Assembly: GCA_041665085.1 (NCBI GenBank)
Contig: JBAYJO010000001.1
Span: forward strand, 40,671 to 104,670
Reading direction: 5' to 3'
From: Patescibacteria group bacterium
GTDB lineage: Bacteria; Patescibacteriota; UBA1384; JBAYJO01
Length of the DNA: 64,000 nt
Made by a program: the position numbers and the translations under genes. Below, in pieces: positions 48,454 to 58,458 of this stretch (positions are counted from its first letter, which is position 1; each line of letters opens with the position of its first letter). The notes beneath the pieces were generated by a model that saw nothing but the letters and a program-made list of their open reading frames with translations, was not told where the DNA came from and searched no databases.

Positions 48454-49989
48454 ATGGCTTTATATCAAAAATTTCGTCCGCAAAAATTTAATGATGTTGT
48501 TGGACAAGATCATATTGTTTATTCTCTGTCAGGTGCAATTTTATCTGATAGGATTTCTCATGCTTATTTATTTACCGGTCCAAGAGGACTTGGAAAAACT
48601 ACTCTGGCTAGACTCATGGCTAAGGCAATTAATTGCCAAAATAGAAAAAGTGATGAGAATGAGCCATGTGGAAAATGTCAAAGCTGCCTTGAAATTTCAA
48701 ATGGTTCTTCCTTGAATGTAATTGAAATTGATGCCGCTTCAAATAGGGGTATTGATGAGATTCGGGATTTAAAAGAGAAAATTAGATATTTACCATCTGG
48801 CGCAAAGTTTAAGATATATATTATTGATGAGGTTCATATGTTGACTGAACCTGCTTTTAATGCACTTCTTAAAACTATTGAGGAGCCGCCAGCTCATGCG
48901 ATTTTTATTTTAGCAACAACCGATTTACATAAAGTTCCTTTAACAATTGTTTCAAGATGCCAGAAATTTGATTTTCATCGAGCCGGTCCTCAAACAGTAA
49001 AGAGTAAATTAGATAAAATTGTTAAATTAGAAAAATTTGATATTACACCTGATGGAATTGACTTGATTTCGAGATTAGCTGAAGGGTCGTTTCGCGATGG
49101 GGAGTCTATTTTAGAACAAATTAGTTCTGTTAGTGATGGCCAGCAAATTACATCTCAAAAAATTGAAAATTTACTTGGTATTTCACCGAAAGTTTTCCGT
49201 TTGAATCTTTTGAAATTAATCAATACGGGAAAAATTCGCGAAACTATTACTCTTATTGAGCAAGAAAATAGTCGGGGATGCGATATGAAGCAGCTTAACA
49301 TCGATTTGATCGAAACGCTTAGACAGTTTTTACTTGCAAAAGTCGGAGTTTTGGATATTGATTCTGAAGAAAAAGAAGTTGCAGATATGTTGAGCATTGA
49401 ACAAATCACATATTTGATTGAAAGACTAATTCAGTGCGGAAGAGATTTAAAAAATGATTTAATGTCGCAGCTGCCGCTTGAAATGGCTTTGATTGAATTT
49501 ATTAATAAATATAAAAAAGATGAAGTTCAAGAAGATGAAATAAAGAGAGAAATTTCTGCTCCAAAAATTAAAGAAGTTGAAGCTGTGAAGAAAGTTGAAG
49601 CTAAAAACAATTTAGATGTTACAGACGAGATATCAAAAAAAACCGTTGAACCAATAGTTGATGGGTTGATTGATAAAGAGAAATGGTTAGAACTGCTTGA
49701 GGCTCTTAAGCCTTTAAATCATTCTTTGTACACGATTGTTAGTGATTCAAATGTGATTGGTGTAAATGATGGAGTAATAAAAATTGAAGTTAAATTTAAA
49801 TTTCATGCCGATAGAGTAAATGATAAAAATTTAAAAAAAGATTTTGATGCGGTTACAGAAAAAATTTTTGGTCGTCCGATGAGAATTCAGGCTGAAGTCG
49901 CGGCAAAAGTTAAAAAAGAAGAACTAAACGAAAGAAAAGAGGATGAAATTCTTGGTGATGTAGCTGAAGTTTTTGGAGTTGATCTTTGA
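48454..49989 (+). CDS. dnaX: DNA polymerase III subunit gamma/tau
   Basis: ALYQKFRPQ, GPRGLGKTT, zinc module, IDEVHML, SRCQ. Confidence 0.96.
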   Translation: MALYQKFRPQKFNDVVGQDHIVYSLSGAILSDRISHAYLFTGPRGLGKTTLARLMAKAINCQNRKSDENEPCGKCQSCLEISNGSSLNVIEIDAASNRGIDEIRDLKEKIRYLPSGAKFKIYIIDEVHMLTEPAFNALLKTIEEPPAHAIFILATTDLHKVPLTIVSRCQKFDFHRAGPQTVKSKLDKIVKLEKFDITPDGIDLISRLAEGSFRDGESILEQISSVSDGQQITSQKIENLLGISPKVFRLNLLKLINTGKIRETITLIEQENSRGCDMKQLNIDLIETLRQFLLAKVGVLDIDSEEKEVADMLSIEQITYLIERLIQCGRDLKNDLMSQLPLEMALIEFINKYKKDEVQEDEIKREISAPKIKEVEAVKKVEAKNNLDVTDEISKKTVEPIVDGLIDKEKWLELLEALKPLNHSLYTIVSDSNVIGVNDGVIKIEVKFKFHADRVNDKNLKKDFDAVTEKIFGRPMRIQAEVAAKVKKEELNERKEDEILGDVAEVFGVDL

Positions 49990-50017
49990 TGTTGTTATTT
50001 TAAATTTAAAAAGGTTT

Positions 50018-50209
50018 ACCCGGCGCGGATGCGCCGGGTTTGGTCCAGCAGTAGAAGAATTCAGTCCTCCCCCCGTTTGTACGTCCTTACCATTTAAGAG
50101 GCAGGTGCACGGGGGGAATCAGCATTTTATGACGTTATGCAATGTTTTCTCCTTTCCTCTACAAATTTGGAGACCTATGTATTGTATATTTATTTTGTCT
50201 CTTTGTCAA
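50018..50209 (-). other. Small transcription unit (promoter, RBS-like site, hairpins, terminator) without a long ORF
   Basis: TTGACA-N17-TACAAT at 50181..50209; terminator ACCCGGCGC/GCGCCGGGT at 50018..50039. Confidence 0.5.
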
Positions 50210-50274
50210 TAATTAACACAATTCACCTAATTCACAAGTTTGACGATTTAAGACAATCAAACTAAGTTAAGATT

Positions 50275-52908
50275 ATGGCGCGAAAAGATGAAAAACTGAA
50301 TCAACTAAAATTGCCTCCTCAAAACATTGAGGCAGAAAAGAGTATTTTAGGTTCTATTCTTTTGGATAAAGATGCGATTTTGAAGATTGTTGATTTTTTA
50401 ACAGAAGATGATTTTTATTTGACCGAACATAAACTTATTTATGGTGCAATGGTTAAATTATTTGAAAAAAGATCTCCAATTGATCTGGTAACGCTATCTG
50501 ATGTTTTAGAATCTGAAAAACATTTAGACAGGGTTGGGGGCGCAGATTTTTTAAGCTCGCTTGTAAATGTGGTGCCAACAGCAGCTCATGTGATTGATTA
50601 TGCAAGAATCGTTTCAGATAAATCATCAAGGCAAAGGCTTATTTCTGCCGGTACTAAAATTGTTGAAATGGCATATAATGAAGAGATTGAAACTGCCGAG
50701 GTGATGGATAAATCAGAGCAGCAATTATTTAATGTGAGCCAAAAACAGGTTAAAGATAAATTTATTCCGATTAAAGATGTTTTAGTTGATAGTTTTAATA
50801 GATTGGATAAAATTCATAAGGAAAAAGGGACTTTAAGAGGAGTGCCATCGGGTTATAAGGATTTGGATAATTTACTTTCCGGTTTTCAGCCGTCAGATTT
50901 GTTAATTTTAGCAGCTCGTCCTTCAATGGGTAAAACATCTTTTGCTTTATCGATAGCGCAGCATGCAACAATTGATGAAAAAGTCGGAGTTGGTATTTTT
51001 TCTCTTGAAATGAGCAAGGAGCAGTTGGTTGATCGTTTGATTTGTTCTCAAGCCGGAGTTGATTCGTGGAAGCTTCGAAATGGACATTTGAGTGATGATG
51101 ATTTTAGAAATGTAGGTTATGCAATGGGGCATTTATCTGAAGCGCCTTTGTATATTGATGATTCGCCAATGCTTACAGTGTTAGATATTAGAACCAAAGC
51201 TAGAAGGTTGATGATGGAACAACCGCTTGGGTTAATTATTATTGATTATTTGCAGCTTATTTCAGGTTCATTTAAAAGTGATGGAAACAGAGTTCAAGAG
51301 ATTTCAGAGATTTCTCGAGCATTGAAAGGTTTAGCAAGAGAATTAAATGTGCCGGTGATGGCTCTTTCACAGCTTTCGCGTGCGGTTGAACATCGTGATA
51401 AAAAAGTGCCGCAGCTTTCTGATCTTCGTGAATCGGGCTGTTTAGCTGGCGATACTTTAATTTACAATGCTAAAACCGGACAAAATGAACAGATTAAAAA
51501 TTTGGTTGGAAAGGAATATGTTTGTTTGTCTCTTAATGATAAGAATAAATTAGTAAATACAAAATCTAGTAGGATTTTTTCAACTGGTAGAAAACAAATT
51601 TATGAATTAGTAATGGCTAGTGGTAAGCGAATCAAGGCGACTGCAAATCATAAGTTTTTGAAATTTTATGAGTGGGTTAGGTTAGATCGGTTGAGTGTTG
51701 GTGATTTTTTGGCGACTCCTCGGGAAATAAGATTTTCAGATTCAACTCAAGATATTTCTGATAATAAAATTATTTTATTAGCTCATTTAATTGGTGATGG
51801 CTGTTATTTGTCGCATCAACCTTTGCATTATACTAATGCTGATCCGCAATGTCTTAAAATTGTTGACGAGGTTTCTTATGATGAGTTTAAAACCAAAAAC
51901 AGATTAGTTAAGCAACAGAATTGGTTTCATTTGTATTTATCCGCACCAATTAAATTAGCACGAGGCAGAAAAAACCCTATTATAAAATGGTTAGATGAAG
52001 ATTTGAATATTTTTAATCAACGATCTGGAGAAAAAAGAATTCCAAAAATAGTTTTCTCTCTTGATAATAAAAAAGTATCTTTATTTATTAGTCATTTATT
52101 TGCAACTGATGGAGGATTAACAAAATCATCTGGAATTTGGAGGCTTCACTATGCTTCAAAAAGTAGAAGGCTGATCGAAGATTTGCAGCATTTATTGTTG
52201 AGATTTGAGATTCTTTCAAGAATTAAAGAAAATAAGAAAAAAGGATATGCAATTGTCTATGATTTAGTAATTTCGGGATCAGATAACCAGCTAAGTTTTT
52301 TGATAAATATCGGAATATTCGGAGAGAAGGAAAAAAATGTTAAACTTGCTATTGCTGAATTAAGAATGATTAATTCTAATACAAATGTTGATATTATACC
52401 ATCTGAAGTGTGGCAGAAAATTAAAGATGGCTTTATGAAACTAAATTGGTCTGCGCGGAAGTTTCATCAAGAAATGAATTGGGCTTATAGCGGCACGCAA
52501 AGATATAAAAATGGCTTATCCAGAGATCGTTTGGACAAAATTGCCGAGGTTCTTAAAAATAATGAATTAAAACAAATTGCTGATTCCGATATATTTTGGG
52601 ATCAAATTAAAGAAATAAATAAGCTGGGTGTTGAAGATGTTTATGATATAACAATTCCTGATAGTCATAATTTTATTGCAAATGATATGATCGTTCATAA
52701 TTCGATTGAGCAAGATGCAGATGTAGTGATGTTTATTTACCGAGAAGATTATTACGAGGCTGATACCGAAAGAAAAGGTATTACTGATATTTTAATTAGA
52801 AAACATAGAAACGGTCCCATTGGATCAGTTGAACTATTTTTTGTACCGGAACAGATGACGTTTAGATCAATTGATAAAAAAAGATCAGTGCCGAGTGAGA
52901 TAGAATAG
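50275..52908 (+). CDS. dnaB: Replicative DNA helicase, intein-containing
   Basis: PPQNIEAE, ARPSMGKT, IDYLQL, LRESG/SIEQDAD split by intein. Confidence 0.97.
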   Translation: MARKDEKLNQLKLPPQNIEAEKSILGSILLDKDAILKIVDFLTEDDFYLTEHKLIYGAMVKLFEKRSPIDLVTLSDVLESEKHLDRVGGADFLSSLVNVVPTAAHVIDYARIVSDKSSRQRLISAGTKIVEMAYNEEIETAEVMDKSEQQLFNVSQKQVKDKFIPIKDVLVDSFNRLDKIHKEKGTLRGVPSGYKDLDNLLSGFQPSDLLILAARPSMGKTSFALSIAQHATIDEKVGVGIFSLEMSKEQLVDRLICSQAGVDSWKLRNGHLSDDDFRNVGYAMGHLSEAPLYIDDSPMLTVLDIRTKARRLMMEQPLGLIIIDYLQLISGSFKSDGNRVQEISEISRALKGLARELNVPVMALSQLSRAVEHRDKKVPQLSDLRESGCLAGDTLIYNAKTGQNEQIKNLVGKEYVCLSLNDKNKLVNTKSSRIFSTGRKQIYELVMASGKRIKATANHKFLKFYEWVRLDRLSVGDFLATPREIRFSDSTQDISDNKIILLAHLIGDGCYLSHQPLHYTNADPQCLKIVDEVSYDEFKTKNRLVKQQNWFHLYLSAPIKLARGRKNPIIKWLDEDLNIFNQRSGEKRIPKIVFSLDNKKVSLFISHLFATDGGLTKSSGIWRLHYASKSRRLIEDLQHLLLRFEILSRIKENKKKGYAIVYDLVISGSDNQLSFLINIGIFGEKEKNVKLAIAELRMINSNTNVDIIPSEVWQKIKDGFMKLNWSARKFHQEMNWAYSGTQRYKNGLSRDRLDKIAEVLKNNELKQIADSDIFWDQIKEINKLGVEDVYDITIPDSHNFIANDMIVHNSIEQDADVVMFIYREDYYEADTERKGITDILIRKHRNGPIGSVELFFVPEQMTFRSIDKKRSVPSEIE
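51439..52701 (+). mobile_element. Intein (421 aa) with LAGLIDADG homing endonuclease
   Basis: Starts CLAGDT, block B TANHKF, LLAHLIGDG and FISHLFATDG motifs, ends VHN followed by S. Confidence 0.95.
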
Positions 52909-52953
52909 GTTTTTTTAAAAGGGACAAGAATTAATAATTGGAATGTAAAAGCC

Positions 52954-52995
52954 TGTGGATAACTCAAAAATTATTGCTCAATTATTTGTGGAAAA
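52954..52995 (-). promoter_or_regulatory. Two DnaA-box-like sites
   Basis: TGTGGATAA (perfect TTATCCACA reverse complement) and TGTGGAAAA. Confidence 0.55.
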
Positions 52996-53086
52996 ATGAG
53001 AGATTTTTTTTGTTTTAAACCTGTTGTTTAGATTGATTGCTACCTAAACCCTTGACAAATATTGCTAAGCGTATCATAATGATTAG

Positions 53087-53385
53087 ATTTGATGAAAAGC
53101 ACATTGAAAGACAAATTCAAGTTCACCAAGGAAATATTGCTTCAGGACGGTCGGAATCAATATTTCCTTGCAAGACTCTAGAGGGAAAGCAGAGAATGCA
53201 AAGAGTCTCAAAACAAGTGAGCAAGGAAAATATACTTAAAGGAAGAGAACAAACGTTTCTTACGCGAACCAAAATGGACGGGTAGGATGCGAAAGTAATC
53301 TATCCTAACATCTAAGGCGCGAAAGAAGCGGTCAATAATATAAGAACTATAGGCTGAATACTTCAATATAAATCGCGCCTTTTTC
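53087..53385 (+). ncRNA. Candidate orphan structured ncRNA
   Basis: TTGACA-N17-CATAAT promoter (53052..53080), multiple helices, AAGGCGCGA/TCGCGCCTT closing stem plus T-tract. Confidence 0.5.
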
Positions 53386-53500
53386 TATTTTTTTACAAAG
53401 TTGAATAATTGTTAATCTTAAAAAGAGATTGAGCACATGACGTTTTATTGTCTTGTGCTCGAGTATCTTGTTTGTAAATTCTCAAACAAGTAAAGCTGAT

Positions 53501-53740
53501 TCATAGGATGCTCCATGGTCCGGAACCTGCTAGAGGAGATGCTGACCTGCAGGACATGGCACATGTTGCTTCGTATGGTCCGAAGCATATTGCCTGTCGG
53601 CAGGGGCTTTGCGGGTCGCAGCTGGATAGGCATTCCTTGCACTTGCATTTTACGCATTCCGTTTGTGTTGCGTGTTCGCGGCATGCTTCTGTCTGTTGTC
53701 CGCCATGTTTGCGTGGTTGAGACATTGCTTCAGTTAGCAC
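53501..53740 (-). CDS. Small cysteine-rich protein (GC-richer standalone gene)
   Basis: GGAGG RBS before GTG; 79 aa with 10 Cys. Confidence 0.5.
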   Translation of the reverse strand: MLTEAMSQPRKHGGQQTEACREHATQTECVKCKCKECLSSCDPQSPCRQAICFGPYEATCAMSCRSASPLAGSGPWSIL

Positions 53741-53863
53741 AACCTTACCTCCACGGTGAAGTGCTTGTAGTTTATATTTTATTTATAACTAACTTTAAAT
53801 ATTATTACAAATCGAATTGCTTAAAGGCTTGTTCTGGAACGATACTATGAGTAGAATGAAAAA

Positions 53864-55867
53864 GTGTCTAATATAGATTTACTTGAAGGTTTAAATGAAA
53901 GACAAAAAGAAGCGGTGCTTTTAACAGAAGGTCCGCTCCTTGTTATTGCCGGGGCTGGATCAGGAAAAACCAAGGTTTTGACGCATAGATTAGCCCATTT
54001 AATTCTTGATAAAAATATTAGTCCATATAGTATTTTGGCAGTTACATTTACAAATAAAGCAGCAGGGGAAATGGGTCAGCGAATGCATTCGCTACTCATT
54101 TCAAATTCCAAATATCAAATTCCAAATCCCAAAAAAAATCAAAATTCCGAACATACTGCCGACTTTATGAACTTTCAACTCGCCTCTTCGGCGAGCGCCG
54201 ATAAGGCGCTTTATGAACTTTCGACTAAATTGCCATGGCTTGGAACTTTTCACTCTATTTGCGTTAGGATTTTAAGAAAAGAAATTCAAAATATTGGCTA
54301 TGAGCGAAATTTTGTTATCTATGATTCAGATGATTCACTTTCTTGTATTAAAAAAATTATTAGGGAATTAAAATGGGATCCGAAGGAGATTAATCCAAAT
54401 TCTGTCAGAAATATGATTTCAAGTGCTAAGAGCGAATTTATTGACCCTAATACTTACGCGAAATATGCTGATGGATATTTTCAGGAAAAAGTAACGGAAA
54501 TTTATAAAAGATATCAAGATTTTTTGAGAAGATCTAATGCCCTTGATTTTGATGATTTGCTTAACCAGACATTAGTTTTATTTGAAGAAAAGCCGGAGAT
54601 TTTGTTTAAATATCAGGATTTATTTAAATATATTTTGATTGATGAGTATCAAGATACAAATCAAGCCCAGTATTTGCTGGCGAAAAAATTATCAGATAAA
54701 CACAAAAATATTTGCGTGGTTGGCGATGATTATCAAGCAATTTATTCTTGGCGTGGGGCAAATTTTAAAAATATTTTAAATTTTGAGCGAGATTATCCAA
54801 AGGCTAAAGTAGTAAAATTGGAACAAAATTATCGAAATAGTCAAAATATTATTCAAGCGTCAGAAAATGTGATTAAGAAAAATACTTTGCGTACAGATAA
54901 AAATATGTGGACGAAAAATGAAGAAGGGGCGCCGATTACGATTTATAAGGCAGCAGATGAGAGCGATGAGGCTGATTTTATTGTTGGTGAAATTGTAACT
55001 CTTAAAAAAGCAGGTGAAAGTTTAAATTCAATGGCGATTTTGTATCGAACAAATGCTCAATCAAGATCTCTTGAAGAAGCATTTTTGAATTATGGCATTC
55101 CATATCGGGTTATTGGTTCCTTGAAGTTTTATGAAAGACGAGAAATTAAAGATATAATTTCTTATTTGCGTTTAATAGTAAATCCGTCTGATTTTATTGC
55201 TTTTGAACGAGCGGTATCAGTACCTCCTCGAGGCATTGGCGATAAAACAATAGAACAGTTAGTAAAAATTCCAAATTACAAATCCCAAATTACAAATAAA
55301 TCTCAAATCCTAAATCTCAATATTCAAAAAAAAATGCAGGATTTTTTGATTATGATTGAAGATTTAAGAAATATGGCGGCGGAGAATTTACCGGCAGATT
55401 TTATTGATATTTTAACTGCCCGAACTAATTATCGAAGTTATTTGGTTGATGGGACTATTGAAGGGGAAGCAAGATGGGAAAATGTTGAGGAGCTTAAAAC
55501 AGTAGCGCAGAATTTTGATAGTCTAGAATCTTTTTTGGAAAATATTGCTTTGATGACTGATCTTGATGAATATGATGAAGCTAAAGAATCTGTGACTTTA
55601 ATGACAATGCATTGTGCTAAAGGTCTTGAGTTTGAAACGGTTTTTATTGCAGGAATGGAAGAAGGCCTTTTTCCTCATTCAAGATCAATTAGCGAGCCGA
55701 ACGAAATGGAAGAGGAGAGACGGCTTTGTTATGTCGGGATGACTCGAGCCAAAATGAGGCTTTATATGATTTATGCGGGTTCCAGAACAGTTTTTGGACG
55801 AACTCAAATGGGAATTAAATCGCGTTTTTTAAACGAGATTCCAGAGTGGTTGTGCGAGGAGATTTAG
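53864..55867 (+). CDS. pcrA: UvrD/PcrA SF1 DNA helicase with in-frame repeat insertions
   Basis: AGAGSGKT, TFTNKAA, IDEYQD, EERRLCYVGMTRA. Confidence 0.95.
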   Translation: MSNIDLLEGLNERQKEAVLLTEGPLLVIAGAGSGKTKVLTHRLAHLILDKNISPYSILAVTFTNKAAGEMGQRMHSLLISNSKYQIPNPKKNQNSEHTADFMNFQLASSASADKALYELSTKLPWLGTFHSICVRILRKEIQNIGYERNFVIYDSDDSLSCIKKIIRELKWDPKEINPNSVRNMISSAKSEFIDPNTYAKYADGYFQEKVTEIYKRYQDFLRRSNALDFDDLLNQTLVLFEEKPEILFKYQDLFKYILIDEYQDTNQAQYLLAKKLSDKHKNICVVGDDYQAIYSWRGANFKNILNFERDYPKAKVVKLEQNYRNSQNIIQASENVIKKNTLRTDKNMWTKNEEGAPITIYKAADESDEADFIVGEIVTLKKAGESLNSMAILYRTNAQSRSLEEAFLNYGIPYRVIGSLKFYERREIKDIISYLRLIVNPSDFIAFERAVSVPPRGIGDKTIEQLVKIPNYKSQITNKSQILNLNIQKKMQDFLIMIEDLRNMAAENLPADFIDILTARTNYRSYLVDGTIEGEARWENVEELKTVAQNFDSLESFLENIALMTDLDEYDEAKESVTLMTMHCAKGLEFETVFIAGMEEGLFPHSRSISEPNEMEEERRLCYVGMTRAKMRLYMIYAGSRTVFGRTQMGIKSRFLNEIPEWLCEEI

Positions 55868-55869
55868 AA

Positions 55870-56022
55870 TAGTATTGAGTATAGAGTATTGGGTATTGGG
55901 TATCGGGTATCGGGAAAATAGAGATTGTTTCGTCGGGACTCCTCGCAATGACAAAGGAGTCGAAAGTTTATAAAGCGCCTCATTGGCGCTCGCCGAAGAG
56001 GCGAGTTGAAAGTTCGTAAAGT
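55870..56022 (+). repeat. Composite repeat after pcrA
   Basis: GTATTG/GTATCG heptamer tract, GCAATGAC REP, and a 65-bp arm inverted relative to 54162..54226. Confidence 0.75.
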
Positions 56023-56151
56023 ATTTTTAAATTTTAAAATTCAAAACAATAAATTATTTTTTACACTTATAATTTAGTAAAAATTGAAAAAGAAAATTGT
56101 AATAAAACAAATGGTCGGAGAACGAGTCTCCGACCGAGTTGTGCCAGGATA

Positions 56152-57192
56152 TTATCTCGACACTCGATCTATTGCTTTGTTGATCAGATCAGCGACTTCT
56201 TCGTGCTTGATCTTATCGCGCTGGTTGAACAGAACCGCGAAGTTGATACCATCTGTTCTCTGACAGGCGATAGCGGTAGTGCCAGGAAGGCTGCCGTAAA
56301 ACATGTAGCTATAGCCGGTTGTGCTGTTGCGACTATCTCCGCTGATCCAGTACTTGTCCAGGAACCGACAGAGTTCGACAGTTGAGATTGCAAAACAGTC
56401 GAAATAAGCCGGACTTTCTGGCTCGTACCAGATTTCACTTTCATCGCGACTTTCCTTGGGTAAAGTGAGTGCGATGTTGGTTATACCGGCTCTTTTGCAG
56501 ATAGAGCCGACAAGAAAGTCGTAGTAGGGCATGCCAGCGGCTTTTTCGACTGCCCTTCTCAAAACCACCGAACCGAAGTTGGAATAGACTTCTTTGGTGC
56601 CGGGGTCATAATCCAGTGGGCGAGTCAGCATGTATGCGATAATGTTTCGCATTGTTGGTTCGGTCTTCTGACCACTCTTGGCCATGAGTTGCCTCACCGC
56701 TTCCGAGCTCTTGGGTGAAAAGCCGTCGTTTTCGGCTGACCAGCCAAGTTTGTGGTCGATCACATTTTGGATTGTGATCTGGTTGACTCTTGCGTCAGCT
56801 ATGCTGCCATAAGGCTGAACGCCAAGGAGCGGAAATACTGCTGTATTTGCTTTCAGAATCCCTTGTTGAATCAGTTCTTTGGCACAGGCATTACCAAAGC
56901 ATTTGTCGATACTGGCAATGCGCATGCGAGTTTCTGGATTGATTGGTTTGGTTTGGCTCTTGTCTTGCCAGCCATAACCGCGAATCATCCAAAATTTGCC
57001 TCTGTAGGCAACTGCGATAGTAGCGGCTTTGTAGCCTGTTTGTTTCATAATGGAACACATGACTTGATCAACCGCTTCCATCCTCCTAGTATAGATACCA
57101 GTGGATGGCAGCATTTCTGCTGCAAAGATGAACCGGGGAATTGCGATCAGTATGATCGCAAAAACTGAAGATCTGCATTTCATCGAAATCAT
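56152..57192 (-). CDS. Secreted serine hydrolase (beta-lactamase/AmpC-like fold)
   Basis: RIASIDK (SxxK), YSNFG, GSLPG; signal peptide; promoter 57232..57259; hairpin 56113..56135. Confidence 0.85.
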   Translation of the reverse strand: MISMKCRSSVFAIILIAIPRFIFAAEMLPSTGIYTRRMEAVDQVMCSIMKQTGYKAATIAVAYRGKFWMIRGYGWQDKSQTKPINPETRMRIASIDKCFGNACAKELIQQGILKANTAVFPLLGVQPYGSIADARVNQITIQNVIDHKLGWSAENDGFSPKSSEAVRQLMAKSGQKTEPTMRNIIAYMLTRPLDYDPGTKEVYSNFGSVVLRRAVEKAAGMPYYDFLVGSICKRAGITNIALTLPKESRDESEIWYEPESPAYFDCFAISTVELCRFLDKYWISGDSRNSTTGYSYMFYGSLPGTTAIACQRTDGINFAVLFNQRDKIKHEEVADLINKAIDRVSR

Positions 57193-57390
57193 CCTTTCCT
57201 CGAGTTCTAGAACGCTAATTCTATCGGCATAAGTATAATACTTTTTTTAAAAAAATCAATAGATAAATACTTCATTGGGTTTGAGGATCTGACGAAAAAT
57301 ACCATTTTCGCTTCAAAAGCGCATTTGTCGATAGACCCTTGACCGTATAGCGGTGTGTTGTTATGATATTTTTGCAACCCGAAAATATAA

Positions 57391-58446
57391 TTGAGGGGAA
57401 AGCCGTGTATCAATAAGATATGTGGCAGAGGAGGAATTATATCACGCTCTTCCTTACCAGCTTCAAGCGCGCTTATAATTTTAGCAATATTGGTTACAAT
57501 TTTTTCCGGCGCAAATGAGAAAACCGAGTCAGCCGGCAAAGTTAAAGGAGAGGCGACCATTGCCCCCCTTTTTATGAGCGATAAAATCGATACTTTTTAT
57601 GGACCTCGCGGTCTTTTTACTTATGAAGAAATGTTTAAATCAATTAAGGCAACAATTTATCCGGAAGATAAATACATTGGTTTCCCTCCGCCGGAGTTAG
57701 GTGAGGGATCGGTAATTAGTGTTTATCGCGCGATGTCGGTTAATTTAACTGATGCAAATGAAAAACAAATATATCGAACTTGGCAAACATCAGTTATTGA
57801 TTTGCTTACTGAAAAGAAAATAATTTTAGGTAATCAAGATACTATTTTGCCTGATAAAAATTCAATTTTGTTTCGAGATATGAATATTGTAATTACTCGT
57901 GTTTCTGAAACTGATATTGATGAATTTGAGCCGATCAAATATAAAACTGTTACAAAGCAAACGAAAGATATGGAAAAAGGAACCCAGAGTCTGGAGCAAA
58001 AGGGAAAAAATGGAAAGCTCAAAAAAACTTATCATGTTAGAAGAGAGAATAATAAAGAAGTTTCTCGAAAATTAATCAATAAGGAAGTTGTTGTAGAATC
58101 TGTTGATGAAATTATTCTTATTGGAACCGGACCAAAACTTGCCAAATCCGGCCCATACTTAACTGAAATTAATTCGGCTGCAAAGCAATATGATATAAAT
58201 GGAACAGCTTTAAGCTGTCTTATGATGATTGAATCAGGTGGTACGGCTAATACCGGTTTTCCAGATGCCCAATATAATGGTTTATTTCAGTATGAAGAAG
58301 GTTTTTGGGCTGATATTAGCAAAAAAGCAGGTTATGGCGGATCAAGCATTTATAACGGCCCTGCTCAAATCTATACAACAGCTTATGCCTTAACTCATGG
58401 TTTTGCGACTCGTTGGCCTCCGTGGAAGAGATGTAGTGATAAATAA
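57391..58446 (+). CDS. YabE/RpfB-like protein: DUF348 + G5 + lysozyme-like domain
   Basis: TM, G5 (QKGKNG...IILIGT), IESGG...GLFQY...WPPW; upstream of rsmA; TTGACC-N17-TATGAT promoter; start uncertain. Confidence 0.8.
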   Translation: MRGKPCINKICGRGGIISRSSLPASSALIILAILVTIFSGANEKTESAGKVKGEATIAPLFMSDKIDTFYGPRGLFTYEEMFKSIKATIYPEDKYIGFPPPELGEGSVISVYRAMSVNLTDANEKQIYRTWQTSVIDLLTEKKIILGNQDTILPDKNSILFRDMNIVITRVSETDIDEFEPIKYKTVTKQTKDMEKGTQSLEQKGKNGKLKKTYHVRRENNKEVSRKLINKEVVVESVDEIILIGTGPKLAKSGPYLTEINSAAKQYDINGTALSCLMMIESGGTANTGFPDAQYNGLFQYEEGFWADISKKAGYGGSSIYNGPAQIYTTAYALTHGFATRWPPWKRCSDK

Positions 58447-58458
58447 GTATTAATTAAG

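Noticed and set aside
52954-53030. Replication origin call
   Set aside because: Only two DnaA boxes, no dnaA gene, and skew cannot be assessed here; kept only as a regulatory hint.
53037-53285. 82-aa ORF as a real gene
   Set aside because: It starts inside the promoter, has no RBS and overlaps a strongly paired region.
57270-57390. c-di-AMP (ydaO) riboswitch upstream of the Rpf-like gene
   Set aside because: No GCTGAA...GGGGA core; the region is explained by divergent promoters.
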